A stretch of 63,725 nucleotides of DNA, counting the filler, from Octopus bimaculoides (lineage: Eukaryota), in assembly GCF_001194135.2 (NCBI RefSeq). It is 5 parts of 5 records of this genome, joined end to end, with 100 filler letters (N's around TTAATTAATTAA, not from the genome) between each part and the next. Parts side by side here need not be neighbours in the genome. Positions count along the whole stretch, not along the records: positions 26,462 to 48,035 come from NC_068990.1; positions 48,136 to 59,083 come from NC_069009.1; 3 more parts are not named here. One strand, 5' to 3'. The first letter of the stretch is position 1; every line of letters begins with the position of its first letter. The translations under genes and the position numbers were made by a program. A model generated the notes under the pieces. The model was not told where the DNA came from. It did no database searches and worked only from the letters and a program-made list of their open reading frames with translations. This document shows positions 39,235 through 51,570 of the stretch, one piece after another.

Positions 39235-40282
39235 TGAATTATATTTGCCAACGTAAAGTGGCATTCCTACGTAGGCCTATGTTACTACCTTTTAACTCCA
39301 GGAAAACTTTTCTTCCACACAAGCCAACAGACACACATACATACATACACATAATACATACATTAATACATGTGTGTGTGTACATGCATATATATATATA
39401 CATACATATGTGTGTGCGTGTGTATATTGAAAACGGTAGAACAGATGAAGGACAACGGCATTTACGGGGGGAAATGAAAACAGACACAAGCGAATGCAAA
39501 CACGCTCTATCACTCATCAGTTGTCGACCGAATTTCAGGATATTTTTGACATCTTCCCATAATATTCTTCAATTAGATAATGTTTGCAAGGAAATCACTT
39601 GTAGTATAGACGACCAAATATAATAGACAAATGAGTATGGAATATGTTCAGACAAAAAGACTTGCAGATAAAATGTCTGTAGACCATATCTTAAATATAG
39701 ACGAAGTATGAGCAAAACGGAAATACTTGAGAAGAAAAGAAACAAATATACGTAAACATAGAATTTCTGTTGATTTGTCAATGAAAATAGATAACCTGTT
39801 TGAAGTAACGCAAATAGAAAAGATAATGTACTTCTCGGCCTTGTGGAGAAACGCAAAAGGTTAGATAAAGCCAAGCTATAAAAAATAGCGAAGAACCATT
39901 TGAACGGTTAGTTAAATTTTTGGTCACCACCTTTTTTTCTTAAAAAAAATTAATGAACAAGTACTCTACATAAGAATGTCTTTGGGCAGTTTAATATTGG
40001 TTTCAAATTTTGAGGCAAGACCAGCAAGCTCGGGAGAAGTGTATGCCAAATACATCGACCCCAGTGGTCAACTGCTACTGATTTTATCGGTCCTAAAAGA
40101 ATGAAAGGCACGGTGAAGACAGACAAAATGTTGCAAAGCATTTCGCCTGAGGTGCCAACGATTCTGCAAGCTCACCGCTTTACTTAGTTTGACATTCGTT
40201 TCACATCTTGGCACAAGGCCAGCAATTTCAGGGAGAGGATAAATCCATTACATCGGCGCCTACGTTCAACTGGCACTTATTA

Positions 40283-40414
40283 GATTGAGGAAAAAGTTCG
40301 TGCGCCGTGTTAAAATAAAGCTTTTTTGCATATATATCTTTGTGGTGTGTGTGTTCATTCAGTTCATGTCATGTTCAACGGTGACTCACGGCGCACGAAC
40401 TTTTTCCGCAACCC
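40283..40414. mobile_element. 132-bp mariner-type MITE inserted in a family-B SINE
   Basis: Inverted GGAAAAAGTTCGTGCGCCGTG at both ends with TA flanks. SINE B halves at 40200-40280 and 40417-40545. Confidence 0.8.
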
Positions 40415-41674
40415 TAGTATTTTATCGACTCTGAAATGGTAAAAGGCAAAGTCGATTCGGTTCAATTTGAACACCATGTAAAGACGGACGAGATGCAGCT
40501 AAGCTTTTTGCCGGTTGTGCTAGCGATTCAACCAGCTCACTGTTTTGTTCTTCAGTTTAATATTGAATTATTTTATTATAACATTACATATAAACAAATT
40601 ATATGTTATTCGTGTGTGTGTGTGTGTGTGTATGTATGTATATACGCGCGCGCATATGTGTATGATTAAATATTTCAAACAAAATATTTATGCAAACATT
40701 CTGACGATTCATTCGTTTGATGTTCACTTCTCGGTGTGTCACTTATATTTATACACAACGGGTGAAGTTATAGTAAATATCTACAGAATGTCATCTCACC
40801 TTTGTCTCTCTGCTTAAACAATTAAAAAGTGGAAGATACATTAAGTTATTCAAATGGCACAAAGACTATTAACTCAATTGCTGTGTAATCATGTCAGTGA
40901 CCAGGTCATTGTTAGTGCGATAAAACTTTTAACACCAAATAATAAATGTTTTAATGAAGTTGATATATGTATGTCTTAAGGCGGTGAGCTGGCAGTAACG
41001 TTACAACACCGGGCAAAATGCATAGCAGCATTTCGTCTGTCTTTACGTTCTGATTTAAAATTTCGCCGAGGTCGACTTTGCCTTTCATCATATCGAGGTC
41101 GATAGATTAAGTACCAGTTGTGTACTGGGGTCTATCTAATCGACTGGCCCCCTCCCCAAAATTTTCGGGCCTTGTTCTTAGAGTAGAAGAGAATATATGT
41201 CTTCCACGCTTTAATTGTAAAATTTCATACATTTTGAGATTTGCATTCGATTTAATCAACTCCACTGAAGTTATTGATATTTTATTTCTCCTATCTAGAA
41301 AGAATAATTTATTCTGCGAAGAGGGAAGATATCTAAAGACAAAGTATTTTTATGTCTTGCATTTCATTCCCTATTTCGGTCCTGGTTTCGTTCGACTGAG
41401 AGTGGCATTTCCACTCTTTGCAGGGCTTCAGGATTACACCGTAACCTTTGCAGGGAGGCTAATGGATGTTGTGCCTTTCCAGAGGGTAACGCGTGATTTT
41501 GTTCAGGACTGCTTACTGAATATTCGCAGCTAAGAGGTATGTCTATAGGCCATTCACCCTATCTGCCGACTGGGGAATGGATGGATGGATGGATGGAAGT
41601 TGTCATCACCACACCATCGGAAAAAAAACTGGAATCCAAGAGGGATGAAACTTATACTGGAGTAAAACATCCCA

Positions 41675-41970
41675 CCAAGAAACAGCTGTAGAAAGATTCC
41701 CTGTCTGTTTCCAACATTATAAGGGAAAGCACTTCCACTTTGTTAGACATTATTGGCGAGATAAACCAGAGCTGGCACGTGACCTACTACTTATAGATGT
41801 CAAAGCATGGCCGTACTCAAGCTGGTCATCTGAAAATAATGTATGTAGATCAACTCAGTAGAGCCAATGGTTGTCACGCTAAATATCTCCCTCAACTAAT
41901 TCAGGTCCAAGATGGATGGCGTGTGCAGGTTAAAAATATCCGAGAAAGTTCGACCAGATGTACCTAGAAA
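41675..41970 (+). mobile_element. RTE-superfamily LINE C-terminal fragment, decayed
   Basis: Frame-broken KHPTKKQL, SNIIRE, HYWRDKPELARDLLL, KHGRTQAGHLKIMYVDQL..G..DGWRVQVKNIRESS. Confidence 0.7.
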
Positions 41971-42293
41971 GGCAAAGGAGAAAATGAGTGCAGCTAGAAT
42001 ACGAACTCTGAGCATCACTGGACGTATAAATATCTTTTATACTTTTAATTTTTACCCAATATATTTCCTCGAAAGCCCATTTTTTTTTTTATTCTGGCTT
42101 TGAAAATATTCATCACAAGATATACTAATCATATCTGTGAGAATCTATTTCCATAATTTATATTGATAGCCCAAGTATAAAAACCGAAACAAACACCCCA
42201 AAATATCACTAATAAAAATTCATATGAATGATCTTGCCCCCTCCCTCTATCTATCAATCTATCTATCTATCTATCTATCTATCTATTTATCGA

Positions 42294-42394
<101 letters not shown>

Positions 42395-42401
42395 TTATCG
42401 A

Positions 42402-42459
<58 letters not shown>

Positions 42460-42751
42460 GATCTATCTATATATCTATCTATCTATCTATCTATCTCATC
42501 GTGTGTCCTTTATCACTCTCATTTTTCTAATTTCCACCTCTCTTTTTATTTTTATCTTTCTTGCTTTTCCTTATGTATAAATCACTATAAATGAAAACAT
42601 GCGGTACATATTTTATTGCAGCTGGGGAAAAAAATGCATATATTTACTGATTCATCAGCTCCTTGGTTACTAGCCGTTATTACATACTGCAATAATTATT
42701 TGCTGAGGTGTTTTTCTTTTCTGCTGTTATTGTAGTTGTAACTATTATTGT

Positions 42752-42828
<77 letters not shown>

Positions 42829-43064
42829 TGATTTGAGAGATGCATCGCTTATTTTTTTCTTACCTAGCAACAAAGATTAGTTTATGTTCTGTTGTTAGCG
42901 AAATATTCAGAGTTAAAATTTGTTTTGTCGGATGACTCCAAAACACTGACATAACCAGAGTAAATACTTCAATTAACTGGAATATGCATATATCTATTCT
43001 TATTGGTCAAACTGATACCCTTACAGAGTGATTGCGGAATAATTTCCACTTATAACAGCAACCT

Positions 43065-43290
43065 GTTAGTGATGCATTCACGATCGCAAGATTGTGGCTT
43101 CAGTTCCCGGACTGGGCGATGCGTTTGTGTTCCAGAGCAAAAACACTTTATTTCAAATTGCTCCAGTCATCTCGGCCGTAAATGATTAACCCTGTGCAGA
43201 CTGGCAGCCCGTTCTGCTCGACTGTTTTGATTTCGGCCTCTTATATGCTGTAGAAACCAGGAAACTGGCTCTGTGATTCCTCCCAACTTG
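43065..43290 (+). mobile_element. Diverged tRNA-SINE (V-SINE-like centre)
   Basis: B-box-like TTCAGTTCCCGG, then TTGCTCCAGTC..AACCCTGTGCAGACTGGCAGCCCGT..TAGAAACCAGGAAACTGG. A weaker relative lies at 5325-5500. Confidence 0.5.
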
Positions 43291-45609
43291 AGACAGTAAT
43301 GCCCGGCGGTTGATAACGATAATATTCTTTTCTACTAGTACGGCGTGCTGGCAGAAACGTTAGCACGCCGGGCGAAATGCTTAGCGGTATTTCGTCTGTC
43401 TACGCTCTGAGTTCAAATTACGCCGAGGTNNNNNNNNNNTCTACGCTCTGAGTTCAAATTACGCCGAGGTCGACTTTGCCTTTCATCCTTTCGGGGTCGA
43501 TTAAATAAGTACCAGTTACGCACTGAATTCGATGTAATCGATTTAATCCCTTTGTCTGTTCTTGTTTGTCCCCTATATGTTTAGCCCCCTGTAGGCAATA
43601 AATAGATTAATATTCTTTTCTACTCTAGGCACAAAGCCCAATATTTTTGTGGAGGGGGCCAGTCGATTAGATTGACACCCGTACACAACTAGTATTTAAT
43701 TCATCGACTACGAAAGGATAAAAGGTAAAGTGGACCTCAGCGGAATTTGAACTCAGAACATACAGACAGATGANNNNNNNNNNNNNNNNNNNNNNNNNNN
43801 NNNNNNNNNNNNNNNNNNNNNNNNNNNNNNNNNNNNNNNNNNNNNNNNNNNNNNNNNNNNNNNNNNNNNNNNNNNNNNNNNNNNNNNNNNNNNNNNNNNN
43901 NNNNNNNNNNNNNNNNNNNNNNNNNNNNNNNNNNNNNNNNNNNNNNNNNNNNNNNNNNNNNNNNNNNNNNNNNNNNNNNNNNNNNNNNNNNNNNNNNNNN
44001 NNNNNNNNNNNNNNNNNNNNNNNNNNNNNNNNNNNNNNNNNNNNNNNNNNNNNNNNNNNNNNNNNNNNNNNNNNNNNNNNNNNNNNNNNNNNNNNNNNNN
44101 NNNNNNNNNNNNNNNNNNNNNNNNNNNNNNNNNNNNNNNNNNNNNNNNNNNNNNNNNNNNNNNNNNNNNNNNNNNNNNNNNNNNNNNNNNNNNNNNNAAA
44201 GGTAAAGTGGACCTCAGCGGAATTTGAACTCAGAACATACAGACAGATGAAATACCGTTAAGCATTTTACCCGGCATGCTAACGTTTCTGCAAGTTTGCC
44301 GCCTTTGATAACGATACTATTAGGTGATGAACTCGTTTCATTAAATCGTTAAAAAATTAACTCGGTATAATTCTAGAGCTTTTAACTCGCTTTTACTAAT
44401 ATTAATAGCTTAATCATTCCTGATTTTAAGAAAAACAATTATTTCATATTTTGCATACAACGCGCAGGAGTGGCTGTAAGGTACCGGGTTCAGATGACTG
44501 CGTGGCAGCTTGGGCAAGTGCCTTCTCCTATAGCCTCAGCCCGATCAAAATCTTGTGAGTGGATTTGGTACACGGAAACTGAAAGAAGTCCTCCGTCGTG
44601 TATATATATATATATATATATACACACGGACACAAACACACATATATACACACACATAGAGATGTGCACAGAACCAGTCCCAAAAACCAGTGAACCATGA
44701 CAGACTGTCACAGACCAACCAAAAATTAAAAAATCTTCTTTAACTCTTCTTCCCTCCCACCCCAGCTAGCCAGTCATACTGTCTCTTAAGACAGTAAAAC
44801 ATTCCTTCAATATACACAAGAGAAAAAGGCCAGGTCAGTTCCTTCTCAATTTTATTCGATTGTCAAAGAATATGTATGAGAATATGTATATGTATATGTA
44901 TTTTTCCATATGTGTATTTTCATACACTGTTTTTAACAATTTCACCTTAATATGACAATCAGTATGTAACACTACAAAGTTCATACAAAGCTTTATACTT
45001 TAAATATATTTTATCATCAAAGAATGTATATATGCATTTTAATACTCAGACTGTTTTTTAACATTTTTTATTATTCTCAAAGACTTTTGATAATCTTTTT
45101 CTAAAAAAGTGAAACCGGTTAAGTAAATAAATATTTTTTAAAAATAAGTGCATTTTCAAACCTTCTTTCATATATATTTCCACTCGTACGGTATTCCACA
45201 ACTTTACTTTATTATATATATATATATATATACATACATACATAATATATATATTTCCCCACCATCGCTAGACAGCTGATGCTGGTGTGTTTACGTCCCC
45301 GTAAATTAGTGGTTCGACAAAAGAGACCGATAGAATAAGTACTAGGCTTACAAAGAATGAGTCCTGGGGTCGATTTTCTCGACTAAAGGCGGTGCTCCAG
45401 CATGGCCACAGTCAAATGACTGAAAGGAGTAAAAGAGTAAAAGAATAATCATCAACAGATAACGATGTGTATGTTTGTATTTCACACGCTGCTGTACATT
45501 AGAACTGAAAGACATTCGTTGCGGAACATTTCTTTCGGAGGAGATTTATCCTTTTACATGTGTGTAAAAATCATCAACTCAGGTACAGAATGACGTCAGT
45601 GGTCTGAGA

Positions 45610-45646
45610 GTCACACGTTTCGAAATGACAACATCTCCTCAGTGAC
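45610..45646 (-). ncRNA. Minimal type-I hammerhead-ribozyme-like motif (cleavage position mutated)
   Basis: GTCA CTGAGGA GATG TTGT CATTTC GAAA CG T G TGAC. Confidence 0.5.
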
Positions 45647-45908
45647 AGCCAATGTTTTTAAATTGCTGTAGCTCTATTGGAACGTCTAATCTTAACGATA
45701 CACTGCAGAACATACATTTGCTTATGCGTGCTGAGAATTTGTCTAGCTATAATTTATTCATTATGAATGCACAACGCTGCGTTGAGCAAAATTACAATAT
45801 ATGCATATATATAAGTGTATACAGCGTTATTTTGCTCCTCGGTATGTTATACGCTTGTTATAAAATAATTAGACACAGCTTAGAAAACATGAATATGTAT
45901 GTTTGTAC

Positions 45909-46000
<92 letters not shown>

Positions 46001-46299
46001 GTGTGTTTGTGTGTAAACGTATGTAGTTGAAATACAAGCATATCAAAATTACGTATTAGAAAATATATGGACAACTAGTTTCGATCATTATTGGTGTCTA
46101 ATAAGAGATTTCTGCACCATTTGACCCCCTTCAGGAATAACAGGAAGCGAATCCGTTTAAATACGTATCAGATCTAGTAGACCTGGAGTTACTAATTTGC
46201 ATACTATACGTGTTTAAGATTATTTGATATGAAAGTTCTGTCAACGGGAAAAGCAATCTAAACCGTATCATGGTTTGATAAGTGAAATAAATGTCAGAG

Positions 46300-46910
46300 A
46301 TGCTTTGCCCCACGCAGAGGCTGCAGGTGATACTAAGAGGTTTTGCAAGTTCTTCTAAACCCATCGCAATGCTCGAAAGCGTTCCGTATCGTTTGCAGGC
46401 ATTTCGGGGTCACAGGCTTTTCGTCCGTTGGCCTGTAGACTTCGTTTGAGTGTAACAGCGAGAACTGAGCTAGTCTTCACCTACGAAAGGATTCTGTGTG
46501 TGATTTCTTATCAACCGGAGCATATTTCAGCTAATTTCAGCTGCTGTGCCTATTTCCTTCGTAACCTCCTGCAGTTGTCGTGGTTCCAGACTTTGCTTCT
46601 GCAGGAATAAGCGCACTGATTTACATGGAAAGCAGCGGCGGTCAAATTCAGTGAGGAATTAGACCGCATGCCAGCAATTGACAAGGGCCTCATCGACAAA
46701 ATCCTGATATTTCATTTTCATTACCTAGTGGGAAATATGGAGTCCGTCCACCCAGGGCACTGTGAGTTCGGCCAGGATGATCGCTTTTGTATTTCTGAAG
46801 AGCAGGAACATATCTGGTCGGAGTGATATTACCATTATCGCCTCAGGGAAGACAAGTCTTCCCTTCAGATCCACTTGCTTCTCCCAGTCTGAGGCTAAAC
46901 GCAAAATAGA
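46300..46910 (-). mobile_element. HERO-like (RLE-type non-LTR) retrotransposon 3' fragment, restriction-like endonuclease
   Basis: Minus frame ASDWEKQVDLKGRLVFPEAIMVISLRPDMFLLFRNTKAIILAELTVPW..KYQDFV..W..EFDRRCF..KEIGTAAE matches the DW..VDL..LVFP..RPD..ELTVPW pattern. Three internal stops; terminal stop 46470-46472. Confidence 0.82.
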
Positions 46911-47836
46911 AAACGGATCTCTTTCTATTGCTTTCAGTAGAGTACTCGTGTTTTAAAATTCAGATTCATAATTGGAGAACCAAAGGACACTTTTCTCCCA
47001 ACACTGAAGGGATGTTACTTCCTCGTTTAGGCACTTTTCTTTACAAATTTTAATAGTATTTTCCCGGAGTAGGCCTTGAGATATTTTTGAAATATCCATT
47101 TGCAGTCGTGCGTCAATTGTCTTGACGCAATGACAAATTCCAATCTGTCCTTAGGAGCTGTTTTACCGTGCTTTATGAATTCAATACCCTTTGGTGGCGA
47201 TGGTGGATGGTGTCTCTTGCCCATTAATCTTTACAAATGAGACCACATAGTAGATATCTGACATCAATAACTCTTCCTGAGAATTCTCTAGCATTTACAG
47301 AATCCAGTACTGTTTCTTTTTCTTTTCTGAAATATACTTACGTTAGGATATCAACACATTTAGAAAAGCGTATCTGTGCATTATTTTAATTATCAAGCTT
47401 CTAAATAGAAAGGTGGATCCACTATTTCAATGCAAGTATTTATTTTACTCAATAGCCAAGTCAATATAATTCCTACAATTTTCAGCCTGCACCTGCATAT
47501 CATTATACTAATTCGATATTGCTTGGTCAATTATGTACATATTATTCTTTTCATTATTGCTGTTCACTTTGAGTCTGAATTACGTTATAATAATTTCGTA
47601 TTTCTCTGTCAATTATTTATAGTCTATTGTCATTTATGTCATAGAAAATGATGTTACTTTTCATCACATACTATCAAGTGGTCTCTAAACTTCACACTGT
47701 CTCTCACCTGACTACCACGTTACATCTATGAACTGTCTGCCTCAGACATAACAGCTGTCGCAGACTGAAATTCAAATCTATCACCTTGTTTATCATCGTC
47801 ATCAGCATCATCATCAACATCATATTATTATTGTTA

Positions 47837-47912
<76 letters not shown>

Positions 47913-47923
47913 CATCTATTATC

Positions 47924-47988
<65 letters not shown>

Positions 47989-49585
47989 GTGAGCTGGCAG
48001 GAAAGGCGGCGACCTGGGAGGAAGACGGCGAGCTGNNNNNNNNNNNNNNNNNNNNNNNNNNNNNNNNNNNNNNNNNNNNTTAATTAATTAANNNNNNNNN
48101 NNNNNNNNNNNNNNNNNNNNNNNNNNNNNNNNNNNATACTTATACATATATATATACAACGGGCTTCTTTCAGTTTCCGTCTACCAAATCCACTCGCAAG
48201 GCTTTGGTCAGCCCGAGGCTATAGTAGAAGACACTTACTCAAGGTGCCACGCAGTGGGACTGAACCTGGAACCATGTGGTTGGTAAGCAAGCTACTTACC
48301 ACACAGCCACTCCTGGAGCATTTGCCTTGTTACCATCGTTGAACCATCACCATGCTAGGACACTGCCTTGGAGGGTTTTACTGCAATAAATTAACACCAG
48401 TTGTCAAGTGGTGGTGGAAGCACACACACTTCTACACAGTTTCTATCTCCTAAATTCACTTGCAAAGCACTGGTCACCCCAGTGCTATTGTAGGCACTTG
48501 CCCAAGGTGCCATGCAGTTTGGGGTGGACTTAGAACCACGTGGTTCGAAATTAAGCTATCTCTGTGCAACCATGCATACACCTGTGTGTGTGTGTGTGGG
48601 GGGGGGGCTGGTCCTATATTCTTGATTTGACATCTTATAATTACATATGGACATAATCATTACCATACAAGCAATGCTTGTTTTCTGTGGAGAACGTGTC
48701 TGGCCATTGTGAGTGAAAAAATTATTTGGAGACAGGTGGAAGTTGGTGGCTGGAAGGGTATCTGGCCACAGAGAATTCTCATCAACAAATTCTGTTTGAC
48801 TCATGGTGTTGTGGAAATGTGGACATAGAATAAGGAATTTGATGTTCTGGGTGTATTGAGTGAGTTCATAGGAGATTCAAGGGATGAATGCAGTCTCTGA
48901 AAATAGCTCCTTCCTGTATTCATAGACCATCGTATACAACTGGTGGCAGGTCATCCATGTGTTATAACCATGTCTCAGGATTCCTGCAGAGGTGGTTCAC
49001 CACCATTAGCAAGCCACCAGATTCCAGAAGAAACAATGCCTGAAATTCGCCATTGCCTGGGTTGCAACATATCTCTGGCACTTAATCGTTTAACCCTCCC
49101 ACCACGATGAGGTCAAGGGTTGGGGTTTGAGGAAGGCAATAGCACCAGAACCTCCCCTGGTTTGGCATAGGTGGAGAGGTGGTCAGCTGAAGACGTTACA
49201 CGACATATACAGTTGCTGAAGTCTGGTGTTCCTCACTAGAATCCGGAATGGCTTTATCATGCTGCTGACAGATGTGCATGGACTGCTTTAGCCCGTGGTA
49301 TGGTGAACTCAATAGGAACTGGCTTAAACTCTCTCGGTTGAATGCAGTTAGATTTTGTGGGCTGTGTTGATGTATGTATGTATGCAGGAGAGAGAGACTG
49401 AGACAACAGCTTCGTCTGTGGTGCCTGCAATGATGATAAATAGACAAGCATATGTCTGAAAAAAGCTTTGTTGATTAATTCATATCTGAGAAGGTACTGG
49501 GTAGCATTCCATTGGTGTTTTATATACATGTTAGGGGCTGGCTGTGTGGTTGGGTGTTTTCTGAATATGATACAGGATCAATTAA

Positions 49586-49758
49586 CCCTTTAGCATTCAG
49601 ATTTTTCTATCTAATATAATACTTATTTATTCACTTTGTTTTGAATAAATTATTAACTTGTAGCTTCGAGATTTTGATGATGTGAACATTTATTTTTTAG
49701 AGTGACATAGTAGAGTAGGTGTGAGCTGCCAGATCTGGCTAGTTTGAATGCTAATGGT
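49586..49758. mobile_element. piggyBac-type MITE
   Basis: TTAA|CCCTTTAGCATTC ... GAATGCTAATGGT|TTAA. Confidence 0.7.
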
Positions 49759-50401
49759 TTAAGGGTATCTATTGAATGTCTGAGTGATTACTGGATGATC
49801 TTCGAGGATATAGGTATATTGTTATCTCCCTTTGTGGTCATTTCTAAGATAGACCACAATTATACATGATTGAGCAACTTAATGTATATGTGGATCTTCG
49901 TCAAATGTGGTTGTTATAAGTGTACATTATATTCAGTAGGGTCAGTTTTGACTTTCAGTGGTGACCTATCAAGGTTTTTATTTTAGAACCCTCGTGTGTT
50001 GGTGCCACGTAAAAAGCACCCAGTCTGATCTGTAAAGTGGTTGGGATTATGATGGACATCCAACTGTAAAACCCATGCTAAAACAGTTGCGCTTGGTGCA
50101 GTCTGGATTGCCAGCTCCTGTCAAACTGTCCAACCCATGCCAGCATAGAAAGCAAACATTAAATGATGATGTATGTCTTACTTGGTGGTGCCTACAATGA
50201 TGATAAACAGACAAGCATATGTCTGAACATAGCTTTGTTGAAGGATTCATATCTGAGAAGGTACTGGGTATGTTAGGTGCTGGCTGTGTGTATGGATATT
50301 AGAATGTGGTTATATATCTATAAATATATAATATATGGAGGCTGTGATACCAATAAACATAATTAGGCTTGGCTTACATAGATCCGGATAGAACATGTAT
50401 C

Positions 50402-50768
50402 TAGGCGCAGGAGTGGCTGTGTGGTAAGTAGCTTGCTTACCAACCATATGGTTCCGGGTTCAGTCCCACTGCGTGGCATCTTGGGCAAGTGTCTTCTACT
50501 ATAGCCTCGGGCCGACCAAAGCCTTGTGAGTGGATTTGGTAGATGGAAACTGAAAGAAGCCCATTGTATATTTGTGTCTGTGTCTGTCCCCCAACATTGC
50601 TTGACAACCGATACTGGTGTGTTTACGTCCCCGTAACTTAGCGGTTCGGCAAAATAGATCGATAGAATAAGTACTAGGCTTCCAAAGAAGAAGTCCTGGA
50701 GTCGATTTGCTCGACTAAAAGGCGGTGCTCCAGCATGGCTGCAGTCAAATGACTGAAACAAGTAAGAG
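50402..50768 (+). mobile_element. tRNA-derived SINE family A, best full-length copy (resembles octopus OR-type/CORE-like SINEs)
   Basis: A-box/B-box-like head (GTGGCTGTGTGGTAAG..CCGGGTTCAGTCCC), CCTTGGGCAAGT-like core, internal TG tract, tail GGCGGTGCTCCAGCATGG..CAGTCAAATGACTGAAACAAGTAA. Family name is from memory only. Confidence 0.85.
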
Positions 50769-50771
50769 AGA

Positions 50772-50925
50772 TATTGGCGTTAGGAAGGGCATCCAGCTGT
50801 AGAAACTCTGCCAAATCAGACTGGAGCCTGGTGTTGCCATCCGGTTTCACCAGTCCTCAGTCAAATCGTCCAACCCATGCTAGCATGGAAAGCGGACGTT
50901 AAACGATGATGATGATGATGATGTA
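50772..50925 (+). mobile_element. Short RTE-type 3' tail fragment ending in (GAT)n
   Basis: GGCGTTAGGAAGGGCATCCAGCTGTAGAAAC..CCAACCCATGCTAGCATGGAAAGCGGACGTTAAACGATGATG. Further copies at 49992-50172 and 53283-53336. Confidence 0.75.
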
Positions 50926-51257
50926 TGTCGATATATATTATCTCTGATCAGTTTGCCTTAGATGTCTTTTATAGCTACTCTTGATGTAACAGACCTAGTT
51001 CTGGATGAAGAGTTCAAATTCATTCAAGCAACTGCAGGTTTTCTATACTGACCATATCTAGCTTTCGCCTATTGTGTATGTATGTGTGTGTGAATAAAAT
51101 ACGGAGATGGAGTACCACATGCACCATGTAATGATTTAGACCATACTCTGGTTCTAGTATGTGTTGGCATAGAAGATTAGGTGCATTCATCAACTCCTGA
51201 TTTACATTTGTTTTGGAGGTTATTTTTTTTAATGTGTTTAAGGGTATTGTGTATAAA

Positions 51258-51570
51258 GGTGCAGGCCTGGCTGTGTGGTAAGAAGCTTGCTTCCCAACCA
51301 CATGGTTCCGGGTTCAGCCCCACGTGAGCATGTGTCTTCTACTATAGCCTCGGGCCTTGTGAGTGGATTTGGTTGACAGAAACTGAGAAAAGGCTTGCCG
51401 TATATATGTGAGTGTATCTGTGTTTGTCTTCCATTACTGCTTGGCAACCAGTCCAATAGAATAAGTTCTAGGCTTACAAAGAATAAATCCTGGGGTTAAT
51501 TTGTTCAACTAAAAAACCCTTGGTGCCCCAGCACGGCCACGGTCAAATGGCTGAAATAAAAGATTAAAAG
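51258..51570 (+). mobile_element. SINE family A with internal deletions
   Basis: Head GGCTGTGTGGTAAGAAGCTTGCTTCCCAACCACATGGTTCCGGGTTC through to the tail. Confidence 0.75.

Noticed and set aside
39630-39855. Near-open frame faintly like a ligand-gated ion channel N-terminus (SVDLSMKIDNLFEV..)
   Set aside because: Internal stop, no WxD motif, weak splice sites.
41400-41600. Possible LINE 3' end with (GGAT)n tail
   Set aside because: Tail is visible, but the coding remnant is too decayed to assign.
43400-44252. Direct duplications 43400-43429/43440-43469 and 43729-43772/44199-44242
   Set aside because: Identical sequence on both sides of N gaps indicates unmerged contig overlap.
48830-49330. 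Possible RTE 5'UTR on the minus strand
   Set aside because: Only vague resemblance, with no readable endonuclease motifs.
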